A DNA stretch of 19,270 nt from Oligoflexus sp. (GTDB lineage: Bacteria > Bdellovibrionota_B > Oligoflexia > Oligoflexales > Oligoflexaceae). Position 1 is the first letter of the stretch, and each line of letters opens with the position of its first letter. This document shows, one piece after another, positions 1 through 8,132 of this stretch. The stretch is taken from positions 1-19,270 of the forward strand of contig JBGSTX010000199.1 in assembly GCA_041736305.1 (NCBI GenBank). The letters are read 5' to 3'. The notes beneath the pieces are model-generated. The model saw nothing but the letters and a program-made list of their open reading frames with translations. It was not told where the DNA came from and searched no databases. Both the position numbers and the translations under genes were made by a program.

Positions 1-171
1 GCGCGCCGCGCTTGGGCTGGCAATACTCATTCTATTGAGACCGCTGCGCTTTATAATTACGAGCAGAGTGGAACTATCACGCTGCCCTATCCGGTTGATC
101 GGGAATTGATTCGAAATCTGGTGGCGGGTTTAGAGACGCCCAGTAGACAAGTAAAAGAAGACGAAACCTAA
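1..171 (+). CDS. hutU: 3' end of probable urocanate hydratase (long, eukaryote/Bacteroidota-like form); 5'-truncated by the window
   Basis: Frame 1 is open from base 1: ARRAWAGNTHSIETAALYNYEQSGTITLPYPVDRELIRNLVAGLETPSRQVKEDET, TAA at 169-171. ARRxWxxN...TLPxxVD matches my recollection of the C-terminus of long-form urocanases. Only 56 aa are visible. Confidence 0.7.
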   Translation, partial: ARRAWAGNTHSIETAALYNYEQSGTITLPYPVDRELIRNLVAGLETPSRQVKEDET

Positions 172-194
172 GACCCAAAAGTGGGACCATGCCC

Positions 195-317
195 TTAGCG
201 ACGCTTTCCGCGCGCTTTGGCTTTGGCCGTTTGCATGGCTACCGTAGCCTTGACTTGACCAATGATAAGGACAACTCCAATCGCGGCGAGTCCAGCGATA
301 ATTCCGGCAGTTTCCAT
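195..317 (-). CDS. Small single-pass membrane protein, 40 aa (METAGIIAGLAAIGVVLIIGQVKATVAMQTAKAKARGKRR); absent from the ORF track
   Basis: ATG at 317-315 and TAA at 197-195. SD GGAGG at 330-326, 8 nt before the ATG. Hydrophobic helix followed by a basic tail. Sigma28-like promoter directly upstream. Confidence 0.8.
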   Translation of the reverse strand: METAGIIAGLAAIGVVLIIGQVKATVAMQTAKAKARGKRR

Positions 318-340
318 CTTAGAATCCTCCCCTTCTTACC

Positions 341-367
341 TTTTCGGCTTTTGTCGGTAAAACTTAA
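341..367 (-). promoter_or_regulatory. Sigma28 (FliA)-type promoter for the 40-aa peptide gene
   Basis: Minus strand reads TTAAGTTT-N11-GCCGAAAA versus the E. coli sigma28 consensus TAAAGTTT-N11-GCCGATAA: one mismatch per box, exact spacing, 23 nt upstream of the ATG. Confidence 0.7.
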
Positions 368-445
368 TGTCGAGCTTTACATTATAAGCGAGACGATGAA
401 AATATGATGAATTATAAGGATTAAACCCCATTTCAAGAGGCCACA

Positions 446-1750
446 ATGGAGCAATTAATCCCCAGGACCTTGAAACGATGGGAAAGCTATCAAAGCAATC
501 TATATAAAAGCGCGGTTTTAGCTAAATTTCAAGGTATGACGCGCGGGCACCTTACACTTAGCTGTCAAAACGATTCTATGACCTACTCTTTTGGGTACGG
601 ACAAAAGATCAGTGCCTCGATGGACGTCAGAAACGAACGCTTCTTTACCCGCTTTCTAAGACAAGGCGAGCTGGGCTTCGGTGAATCCTACGTCGATGGT
701 GACTGGGATGCGCCCGACCTTGTGCAGGTGATCCGCTGGTTTTTCCTCAATATGGATCACCTGGAATCCCTGGCGCGCATCGATTTAGACGATCAGCCCC
801 TTTTTCAATTCCTACAAGGTTTACAGCGGGTTCAAAATGTTATCAACCGCTCGGTTCCTCACGGTTTCACCAATGCCCTGGCTGGCACCTATGTGCTGGA
901 GCGACCATTTTTTGCGCTCATGCTCGACTCTTCCCTGACCAACAGCGGAGCCATCTTCGCCGAAGGAGAAACGCTCGAAGAAGCGCAGCTGAGAAAGCAG
1001 CGTAGAATCGCCCAGGAACTGCAGATTCAAGCCGGAGACCATATTCTCGAACTCGGCTCCGGCTGGGGTAGTCTCGCCTTTTACCTCGCGCTATGCTTCC
1101 CCTGCAAGGTAACTACATTGACTATATCTGAAGAACAGCATCGCTTCATCTGCGAAAGAGTGCGAGAGCTTCGGCTTGAGAACCGCGTCTACCCTTTGCT
1201 GCTTGACTATAAGTCGATGAATGGGAAATTCGACCGCATCGTCTCAGTGGAAATGGTTGATCTTCTGCCGAGTTGCGAACTCCCGCACTTCTTCGCCCGC
1301 TGCGATGCCCTCCTCAAACCACAGGGTATCGCCGTGCTTCAGCTTCTCCTCAGCCCCGAGCGTTTTCGCGCCGACTCTCACCCAGGCTCGCAGTGGATAC
1401 ATAAATATATCAGCCCTGGCACTGCAACGCCGACGCTGCAGCAGCTTGTTGAAGCGATGAATGAGACCTTTTCCTTGCGTCGCTTCGAGGATCTGGGTCT
1501 TTCCTACGCAAAGACTCTTGAGGCTTGGCGCGAACGCTTTGAATCTAAGCTGGCAGAGGTCAAAAACCTCGGATTTGATGAGACTTTCATACGCAGTTGG
1601 CGCTATTATCTTGCCTATGCGCAAGCGGCATTTGGCTATGGTCTTCTCACTGCTGCGCAGATTACCCTCACCCGACCGACGCAGCGTGCCCTTGAAGGAC
1701 AGACGGCTAGTTCGCAGGACAAGGTGAATCTTTCGATGCTTATGGAGTAA
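446..1750 (+). CDS. Cyclopropane-fatty-acyl-phospholipid synthase family (Cfa/CMAS-like) SAM methyltransferase, divergent
   Basis: Family motifs: GELGFGESYVDGDW, TLEEAQLRK, SAM motif ILELGSGWG, LTISEEQ, DYK..GKFDRIVSVEM, SYAKTLEAW, FIRSWRYYLAY. Several other family signatures are altered (see findings). Confidence 0.88.
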   Translation: MEQLIPRTLKRWESYQSNLYKSAVLAKFQGMTRGHLTLSCQNDSMTYSFGYGQKISASMDVRNERFFTRFLRQGELGFGESYVDGDWDAPDLVQVIRWFFLNMDHLESLARIDLDDQPLFQFLQGLQRVQNVINRSVPHGFTNALAGTYVLERPFFALMLDSSLTNSGAIFAEGETLEEAQLRKQRRIAQELQIQAGDHILELGSGWGSLAFYLALCFPCKVTTLTISEEQHRFICERVRELRLENRVYPLLLDYKSMNGKFDRIVSVEMVDLLPSCELPHFFARCDALLKPQGIAVLQLLLSPERFRADSHPGSQWIHKYISPGTATPTLQQLVEAMNETFSLRRFEDLGLSYAKTLEAWRERFESKLAEVKNLGFDETFIRSWRYYLAYAQAAFGYGLLTAAQITLTRPTQRALEGQTASSQDKVNLSMLME

Positions 1751-1756
1751 GTTTTA

Positions 1757-2407
1757 GTGGAATGGAAAGCTTCGGTCCTCCCCTTTGTCACGACCTTCAG
1801 CGCTCTCTTTGCTATCATCGATCCTTTTGCCGTAATCCCGGTTCTCTTGACTCTGACTGAACGCTACCGGCCGGCCGAGCGACTCCTCGTTATCCGCAAG
1901 TCTGTATTGATAGCGATGGCGATTCTTATGGTCTTTGCCATAAGCGGTGAAGGCATCTTTCGTCTTTTCGGTATCTCGATTCCAGCCTTTCGCATCGCTG
2001 GCGGCATCCTCCTCCTCAAACTCGGCATCGAACAACTTGGCGCTCAGCGTGAAAGGGTAAAGTCCGAAGAGGAGGACGAGTCTTTCGAAAGAAATGATAT
2101 CTCTATCTTTCCTCTCGCAACTCCTCTCCTTGCAGGCCCGGGTGCCATTTCCACTGTAGTTCTGCAGGCTGGGCAGGCCCAAGGGGTGCTAGGTGTAATT
2201 GGTTTTCTAATAACGATAGTGCTGGTTTTTATCGCTGTTTACTTCCTTCTGGCCAGCGCGCCTACTTTTTATCGCTTGCTAGGTAAGACCGGACTCAACC
2301 TTGTGACGCGCATCATGGGAATCATCCTGACCGCGATTGCGGTACAGTTTATCATTGACGGTTTAATGAGCGTCTGGAATCAAGTAAAGGTCGGAATTGG
2401 AACATGA
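1757..2407 (+). CDS. MarC family integral membrane protein
   Basis: Motifs LFAIIDPF, FGISIPAFRIAGGILL, IFPLATPLLAGPGAISTV and TRIMGIILTAIAVQFI. GTG start 6 nt after the cfa-like stop. Confidence 0.93.
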   Translation: MEWKASVLPFVTTFSALFAIIDPFAVIPVLLTLTERYRPAERLLVIRKSVLIAMAILMVFAISGEGIFRLFGISIPAFRIAGGILLLKLGIEQLGAQRERVKSEEEDESFERNDISIFPLATPLLAGPGAISTVVLQAGQAQGVLGVIGFLITIVLVFIAVYFLLASAPTFYRLLGKTGLNLVTRIMGIILTAIAVQFIIDGLMSVWNQVKVGIGT

Positions 2408-2439
2408 ATCGGCCTCTCCTTTTGCCATAAGGTGCTACA

Positions 2440-3204
2440 ATGCAGTTTTTACTCAATCGTGCTAAACCTTGGCTTACTGCGCTGACTCTGCTTCTGCTGT
2501 CTTTCGGACGTTCAGCAGGAGCTCTGGCTCAAGAGGAGACCAAAGTCATGCATTTTGAAATCCGCGATCCAGAGACCCGTGCCCTTGTCTTTGCGGGAAC
2601 TGAAACTGTTAAAACTCAGGGTACTCAGGAACGCAAGGAGACAGTCTACTCCGATACCAGCAAGCAAGAGCTCTACCGTGAAGACGCCCTCTACGAGAAA
2701 GCTTCGCTGCGCATGCTCGATTATGAAGCAAGCAACAAGCTGACGGGAGAACTGACCAAAGTCAAAGCCGAGGGAGCCAACTCCCGCGTCCAGTATCGTG
2801 CCGATGCTAGCAAGAGCTTGCGTGAAGAAGACATGAAACTTGGGCCGGAAACCTTCCACCCCAAGATGATCCATCAGCTGATCGTTCGCCACTGGCAAAG
2901 CCTCGTCGCCGGCAAATCTTATCAGTTTGATATGCTGCTACCTTTTCGCTTCCAATCGCTGGGTTTTCAGCTCGTCCACTTCAAAAATCTTAAAGTGGGC
3001 AACGAAGAGCGAGAATCCTTTCTCCTACAGCCGAAGAATTTCCTGATTCGGGCCTTCGTTCCTCGGATGGAGTTCCAGTTCGCCAAAGGTCCCGAGCCTG
3101 AGATAAGACTCTATCTTGGACCTTGCCCAGTGCCCGTTAAGGGCGAGACCAACAAGACGATGGAAATGGTATTTCTTCCGCAAGGGTCTCATGGAGGAGT
3201 CTAA
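2440..3204 (+). CDS. Hypothetical secreted beta-rich protein
   Basis: 254-aa ORF with a Sec signal peptide (LLLLSFGRSAGALA|QEE) and many short amphipathic strands. No recognisable catalytic motif. Confidence 0.75.
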   Translation: MQFLLNRAKPWLTALTLLLLSFGRSAGALAQEETKVMHFEIRDPETRALVFAGTETVKTQGTQERKETVYSDTSKQELYREDALYEKASLRMLDYEASNKLTGELTKVKAEGANSRVQYRADASKSLREEDMKLGPETFHPKMIHQLIVRHWQSLVAGKSYQFDMLLPFRFQSLGFQLVHFKNLKVGNEERESFLLQPKNFLIRAFVPRMEFQFAKGPEPEIRLYLGPCPVPVKGETNKTMEMVFLPQGSHGGV

Positions 3205-3239
3205 TATTATTAGGTAATACTGGATAAAGAAGATTTTTT

Positions 3240-3266
3240 TCAGCTGCGCGGTCCCCTAGCCGATAA
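3240..3266 (+). promoter_or_regulatory. Possible sigma28-type promoter for the 3298 gene
   Basis: Perfect -10 box GCCGATAA at 3259-3266 in the intergenic region. The -35 region (TCAGCTGC) is a poor match. Confidence 0.4.
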
Positions 3267-3297
3267 ACAGGAGTGTGCTTTATTCCTAGGGGTCAGA

Positions 3298-4224
3298 ATG
3301 CGGAATTTTTGGATCAGACTTTCCCTCAGCTATCTGAGCTGCTTCGCGACTCTAGCCTTCGCCACGCCAGCCCAATATAAGACCTATGAAGTCGACCTCC
3401 GCCCCCTCGGTCGCTATCCAGCTCTGGCCGAAGAACTGCAGACTATTAAGAGTCGCTTAAAAAATGCCCAAGATCGAGAACCCGACCTCAAGCGTCAGCT
3501 CGCAATAGTGAGCAGCTTGGAAGAGATGGAGCCCTCCTGGCTAGATGCCCGTTGGATCGTGGCCGAGAAGGCCTTTGAGCTGGGAAGTTTCTATACTAAA
3601 GAATCTGATCTGCCTTTTGCACGGTCGGTCTTCCTTAATGGCTCCCTTGCCGCTCAGCGCTGTCTGAAACTGCAGAAAGACAACCCCATCTGCAAGCTAC
3701 TGCTCGGCGCTATGCTGGGTAAAATGGGGGCGATCGACGGAGTTTTTAGTTCTATCAAGCAGGCGAAGTACGTCGAACAACTCTGGCTCGACGTGCTAGC
3801 TTCACCCTACGATCATAGGTTTACGCCAAGTACTACGGTGCAGGGGGCGGCCCGCTATGCACTCGGAATGTTTTATCGCCTGGTACCTGATCTGGCTCTG
3901 GTCCGCTGGCTCTTCGACGTTCAGGGCGACATAGAAAAATCAATCCGGCTGCATCGTGAAACGATCGCCATCGACGGACCTAATACCTGCAATAAAGTTA
4001 TGCTTGCGGTTTCTCTCATCTGTGCAGCGGATGGAAAAGCTGATGATCAGCGGGCCAAGGAGGGTCTCAGACATCTACAAGAAGCCAAAGAGCTTAAGCC
4101 CGAAAATTCAGTTGCTCAGGTGTGTTGGGATTCAATTCCCCGTCTGAGTACCGATCTCAGCACAGCCTGCGGTTTTGAAACCAGCCGTCAGCAGAAGCGA
4201 GACGGCGAAATTCCCGCAAAATAA
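3298..4224 (+). CDS. Secreted TPR-like alpha-helical protein (TatT/BstC-like appearance)
   Basis: Signal peptide (ATLAFA|TP). Helical-repeat pattern LLLGAMLGKMG..GVFSSIKQAK...GAARYALGMFYRLVP...GDIEKSI. Paired cysteines suggest disulfides. The family call is by pattern only. Confidence 0.7.
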   Translation: MRNFWIRLSLSYLSCFATLAFATPAQYKTYEVDLRPLGRYPALAEELQTIKSRLKNAQDREPDLKRQLAIVSSLEEMEPSWLDARWIVAEKAFELGSFYTKESDLPFARSVFLNGSLAAQRCLKLQKDNPICKLLLGAMLGKMGAIDGVFSSIKQAKYVEQLWLDVLASPYDHRFTPSTTVQGAARYALGMFYRLVPDLALVRWLFDVQGDIEKSIRLHRETIAIDGPNTCNKVMLAVSLICAADGKADDQRAKEGLRHLQEAKELKPENSVAQVCWDSIPRLSTDLSTACGFETSRQQKRDGEIPAK

Positions 4225-4227
4225 AAC

Positions 4228-4252
4228 AGGAAGGTTGAAATGAAACCTTCCT
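4228..4252 (-). terminator. Intrinsic terminator between convergent genes
   Basis: Perfect 9-bp stem AGGAAGGTT (4228-4236) / AACCTTCCT (4244-4252) with a 7-nt loop. Followed on the minus strand by GTTTTATTTT. Confidence 0.75.
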
Positions 4253-4275
4253 TAGGGCCGCTAAGCTCAGCGAGC

Positions 4276-4932
4276 TTACTTCGAGTTTTGACTTTTGTTC
4301 TGGATGTTCTGACCTTTGGGTTCAATAGGAACGTTCTGCGTAGGGCCGCCGATAGGGACTCTGTCCTGAGCCGGCGGTTCGAAATCGGGAACTGCCGAAC
4401 CAGAAGGTTCGTTGACCGGACCGGGGACGATACCTGAGTAATCGACCAAGCCCTTCGTTTTGCCGATTTTGACTTCGACGGTCGCTACTTTCTGATCAAC
4501 ATTTTGCTTCTTAGACTTGCTACGTTCTTTCAGCTTTTTGAACCAGGCCTTAGCGCCGAGGCGGTCGCCTTTTTTTCCGCACCTGTTAATTTCTTTTTTA
4601 GCTTCAGTGATATCTTCGTATCCTCCTTTACCTGAGGATCCGTACTGAACGACTTCTTGGATAACTGGAGGCTCTTCACCCTCTGGCCAGCCTTTGTCGG
4701 CGGTGGCGATGTCTGCTTCCAATTGCTGCTGCTCAGCAAGGAGATCCGCGCGCTCCTGCTCGAGAGCTCTCAGTTCAGCAAGAGCTTCTTGCGAAGCCTG
4801 ATCGTTGCTAATGGTCGAGGTATTTGAAAAATCGGGACTTAGAGGTGCATGTTTACAGGCCTGAAGACCCGAAATAGCGGCCAAAAGGGCACCGCAGATG
4901 GAGATTGAAACAGGGAACTTAGAAAGAGTCAT
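4276..4932 (-). CDS. Hypothetical lipoprotein with coiled-coil segments and a Pro-rich tail (218 aa; start revised from 4959)
   Basis: SD GGAGGT at 4943-4938, 5 nt before ATG 4932. Signal peptide with lipobox LQAC. Acidic heptad segment (EALAELRALEQERADLLAEQQQLEADI) and a basic helix. Confidence 0.75.
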   Translation of the reverse strand: MTLSKFPVSISICGALLAAISGLQACKHAPLSPDFSNTSTISNDQASQEALAELRALEQERADLLAEQQQLEADIATADKGWPEGEEPPVIQEVVQYGSSGKGGYEDITEAKKEINRCGKKGDRLGAKAWFKKLKERSKSKKQNVDQKVATVEVKIGKTKGLVDYSGIVPGPVNEPSGSAVPDFEPPAQDRVPIGGPTQNVPIEPKGQNIQNKSQNSK

Positions 4933-5133
4933 AGAAGACCTCCAAACGGAAACCCGCATTTTTTTTCGATGGCTGCCTCTATTGTACTACAAGCGTGCCA
5001 AAAATTGCCAAGCCTCCGGTAACAGCGACAAAATGCCGCAATAAAAGGGCTATCAAAAAAAAATCTGCTCCAGGGGCTGATATTGGCAAAAGATTTGAAA
5101 GGGACACTGGGAGTTCTTGCAAGGAGAGTTACT

Positions 5134-5475
5134 ATGTTGGAAAAAAATATTATCAAGTCGATGCGTCTACTCATCCTCAAGTCGTATTCTGTCATTAACG
5201 ATTTTCCTGCAGCCGAGCCTTGCACGTATAGCCAGCTCTACACTTGGCTTAAGAGAGCGGAAAGCTGGAACGAGGAGGTCCAGAGCGTATCTAATCTAAT
5301 AGCTTATCTGACTCCGAGTGAAGTGGAGAAGCTGCATGATGCAAAGCACTTTCATACACCGGTCTATATAGCTTTGTCAGAAAAGGCGAATATCATATTC
5401 GCCGCGTGGTTTCAGATTCAGTCGAAGCTATACGATGCTGAAGGCCGTGAAAAAAGGCGCGAAGCGATGCCCTGA
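5134..5475 (+). CDS. Hypothetical protein, 113 aa (start revised from TTG 5083)
   Basis: SD AAGGAG at 5121-5126, 7 nt before the in-frame ATG 5134. Helical globular composition. Family not recognised. Confidence 0.65.
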   Translation: MLEKNIIKSMRLLILKSYSVINDFPAAEPCTYSQLYTWLKRAESWNEEVQSVSNLIAYLTPSEVEKLHDAKHFHTPVYIALSEKANIIFAAWFQIQSKLYDAEGREKRREAMP

Positions 5476-5557
5476 CAGGGTCTGCCTACCAAGTCTCGAG
5501 GGCTTTCCGTCAGATCGAAAGAAGGCGAGCCCGCAATTCCTATCTTTAAGCTGCCTT

Positions 5558-5586
5558 TTCACTCTTAAACCAAAAAATTGTACAAT
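5558..5586 (+). promoter_or_regulatory. Possible distal sigma70 promoter upstream of fumarase
   Basis: TTCACT (5558-5563), 17-bp spacer, TACAAT (5581-5586). Overlaps the palindrome AATTGTACAATT (5576-5587). Confidence 0.4.
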
Positions 5587-5651
5587 TCTGACCGACTGCT
5601 TTTATAGACAGTAGAAATAGTCTCGAAGAAGCAGCAAGGGAGCAGCGTCGG

Positions 5652-5680
5652 TTGACCGTTGCAGGCTCGCTCTTTATACT
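5652..5680 (+). promoter_or_regulatory. Sigma70 promoter of fumarase
   Basis: TTGACC (5652-5657), 17-bp spacer, TATACT (5675-5680), 38 nt upstream of ATG 5719. Confidence 0.65.
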
Positions 5681-5718
5681 GGCGGCTCGCTACAGCCTCT
5701 CGCCACAGAAGGAAATAT

Positions 5719-7341
5719 ATGGAGTTCGTCTACCAGAAACCCTTGCCGCTCCGTGCAGATCGCGACCAGACCCCCTATCGGCTTTTGACTAAAGATCATA
5801 TTTCGAGCCTTGAGATCGATGGCAAGCCCATGCTCAAAATCGCACCCGAAGCTCTGGAGTTACTGGCCCGAGAGGCACTTCGCGATGTTTCTTTTTTCCT
5901 TCGGCCGAGCCATCTTGAAAAACTGTCGCGTATCCTTCAGGATCCAGAAGCTTCTGATAACGACCGTTTTGTCGCTCACACTCTCCTGCAGAATGCCGTG
6001 ATTGCAGCCCAGGGTCAGCTTCCCAGTTGTCAAGATACCGGCACCGCAATCATAATTGGCAAAAAAGGTCAGTTTGTTTACACGGGAGCTGATGACGCCG
6101 AATACCTATCGCGTGGAGTTTTCAAGACTTACCAAAGCGAAAACCTACGCTATTCGCAGCTAGCGCCTCTCAGTATGTTCGAGGAGAAAAACACGGGCAG
6201 CAATTTGCCTGCACAAATCGACCTCTATGCAACACCGGGAGAGAGCTACGAGTTCCTTTTTCTTGCCAAAGGCGGCGGCTCAGCAAATAAATCCTATCTT
6301 TATCAGCAAACTAAATCGCTCTTGAACGAAGCAAAACTCAGTACTTTTATTGCCGATGCCGTCAAATCACTCGGCACCTCCGCCTGTCCTCCCTACCATC
6401 TCGCGTTAGTCATCGGTGGAACGTCGGCAGAGGCCTGTCTCAAAACGGTGAAAGAAGCGTCTGCAGGTTATTTAGATCACCTCCCTACCGAAGGCAATAT
6501 CCATGGACAGGGATTTCGCGACCTGAACTGGGAAAAAAAAGTGACCGAAATCTGTCGCGAAACCGGAATCGGGGCTCAGTTTGGGGGCAAATACTTTGTC
6601 CATGATGTGCGTGTGATTAGACTTCCCCGGCACGCTGCATCTTGTCCCGTAGGAATCGGTGTAAGTTGTAGCGCTGACCGCAATATCAAAGGCAAAATCA
6701 CCAAAGATGGGGTTTTCCTCGAAGCGCTCGAGCGCAATCCGTCCCGCTTTCTACCACCCAGCAATCCGACTCTCGCAGAACCAGTTACTATCGATCTTGA
6801 TCAGCCCATGGATGCGATCTTGCGTACTCTCAGCCGCTATCCTGTGACGACGCGTCTCCGCCTGCAGGGCACACTTATTGTCGCCCGCGACGTGGCTCAT
6901 GCGCGTATCATGCAAATGCTCGAAGCCGGGAAGCCCATGCCGGAGTATTTCAAAAATCATCCGATATACTACGCAGGTCCAGCTAAAACACCTCAGGGAA
7001 TGCCCTCAGGAAGTTTCGGACCGACGACGGCAGGTCGCATGGACCCCTACGTCCAACCCTTCATGGCTAAAGGTGGATCTCTCGTAATGCTGGCGAAAGG
7101 CAATCGTTCAGCTGTCGTCACAGAGGCCTGCAAGAGCTATGGGGGCTTCTACCTCGGTTCCATCGGTGGACCTGCAGCTATACTCGCGAAGGAAAATATC
7201 GAAAGCGTTGAACTGCTCGATTTTGAAGATCTGGGAATGGAGGCGATCCGAAAAATCCGCGTTAAGGATTTTCCCGCCTTTATTGTGGTGGACGACAAGG
7301 GTAACGACTTCTTTGCCGCAATGGGCGAGGCAGAAGGCTGA
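5719..7341 (+). CDS. fumA: Class I (Fe-S) fumarate hydratase, FumA/FumB type, 540 aa (start revised from TTG 5659)
   Basis: Motifs [64 protein letters not shown] and [15 protein letters not shown] before ATG 5719. fumA and fumB cannot be distinguished from sequence alone. Confidence 0.96.
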   Translation: MEFVYQKPLPLRADRDQTPYRLLTKDHISSLEIDGKPMLKIAPEALELLAREALRDVSFFLRPSHLEKLSRILQDPEASDNDRFVAHTLLQNAVIAAQGQLPSCQDTGTAIIIGKKGQFVYTGADDAEYLSRGVFKTYQSENLRYSQLAPLSMFEEKNTGSNLPAQIDLYATPGESYEFLFLAKGGGSANKSYLYQQTKSLLNEAKLSTFIADAVKSLGTSACPPYHLALVIGGTSAEACLKTVKEASAGYLDHLPTEGNIHGQGFRDLNWEKKVTEICRETGIGAQFGGKYFVHDVRVIRLPRHAASCPVGIGVSCSADRNIKGKITKDGVFLEALERNPSRFLPPSNPTLAEPVTIDLDQPMDAILRTLSRYPVTTRLRLQGTLIVARDVAHARIMQMLEAGKPMPEYFKNHPIYYAGPAKTPQGMPSGSFGPTTAGRMDPYVQPFMAKGGSLVMLAKGNRSAVVTEACKSYGGFYLGSIGGPAAILAKENIESVELLDFEDLGMEAIRKIRVKDFPAFIVVDDKGNDFFAAMGEAEG

Positions 7342-7385
7342 GAGCGGACTGCAAACTTTCCAGAAAGAAACCGGAGTCTGCAGCA

Positions 7386-8126
7386 ATGGATATTAAAGCT
7401 CGTCAGGATATTGAAATAAGCTACTGGAAAAATTCGAGCTGGGAGGCGCCTGACGTCGATCCTCCTCAGCTTCTCATCCATAAAATGGGCGAGGCCGCCG
7501 TTCTTTATGATTGTATAGAAAAGTATAGGCCTCTTTTTGAACGGAGCCGGAACGTATTGGAAATAGGAGCCGGTCAGGGCTGGGGATCGTGTCTCGTCAA
7601 AAAAATGTTTCCGCAGCTTGAGCTGGCGACGAGCGATATCAGCCAGTGGGCGATCGCCTCGCTCGCTAAGTGGGAGCGAATTTTTCAGGTAAAAATAATC
7701 GATTCCTTCTCCTGCACCAGCGATCAGATACCGAAGCCAAATGCCAGCATGGATCTGATATTCACTTTCGCTGCTGCCCATCACTTCGCAGTACATCGAA
7801 AAACTCTGCGCGAGATCAAACGTATTCTCCGGCCAGGCGGCAGCTGTCTCTACTTCTACGAACCCGTGTGCCCGGCCTATATTTATAAGCTGGCCTACTG
7901 GCGGGTCAATCGCAAGCGTCCCGAGGTTCCTGAAGACGTTCTGATTACTAAGCGTATCCTGGAGCTAGCGCATGAGGAGGGTTTAGAAGCGCGCGTCGAA
8001 TACTATCCGCAGCTCAAAAACAGGGGTCCTCTCGAAACCCTTTATTTCTGGCTGCTGGGTAAGGTTCCCCTGCTTTCGCACGTACTCCCTTCGACAGCAA
8101 ACTTTGTATTCACCAAGCGAGCATGA
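7386..8126 (+). CDS. Class I SAM-dependent methyltransferase
   Basis: Motif I VLEIGAGQG, motif II ATSDIS, plus MDLIFTFAAAHHF and EIKRILRPGG. Substrate unknown. Confidence 0.88.
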   Translation: MDIKARQDIEISYWKNSSWEAPDVDPPQLLIHKMGEAAVLYDCIEKYRPLFERSRNVLEIGAGQGWGSCLVKKMFPQLELATSDISQWAIASLAKWERIFQVKIIDSFSCTSDQIPKPNASMDLIFTFAAAHHFAVHRKTLREIKRILRPGGSCLYFYEPVCPAYIYKLAYWRVNRKRPEVPEDVLITKRILELAHEEGLEARVEYYPQLKNRGPLETLYFWLLGKVPLLSHVLPSTANFVFTKRA

Positions 8127-8132
8127 GAGGCT

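Noticed and set aside
189-407. 72-aa plus-strand ORF from the track
   Set aside because: It is the antisense shadow of the better-supported 40-aa minus-strand gene and its promoter.
4983-5011. Sigma54 promoter (TTGGCACG) on the minus strand upstream of the lipoprotein
   Set aside because: The -24 box is good, but the -12 position reads TAGT instead of TTGC, losing the conserved GC.
5659-5718. N-terminal extension of fumarase from TTG 5659
   Set aside because: It overlaps the predicted promoter. ATG 5719 has an SD and gives a typical class I length.
6533-6540. A8 run inside fumarase as a slippage site
   Set aside because: It is shorter than the usual threshold and lies mid-domain in a conserved enzyme, so a shifted product would make no functional sense.
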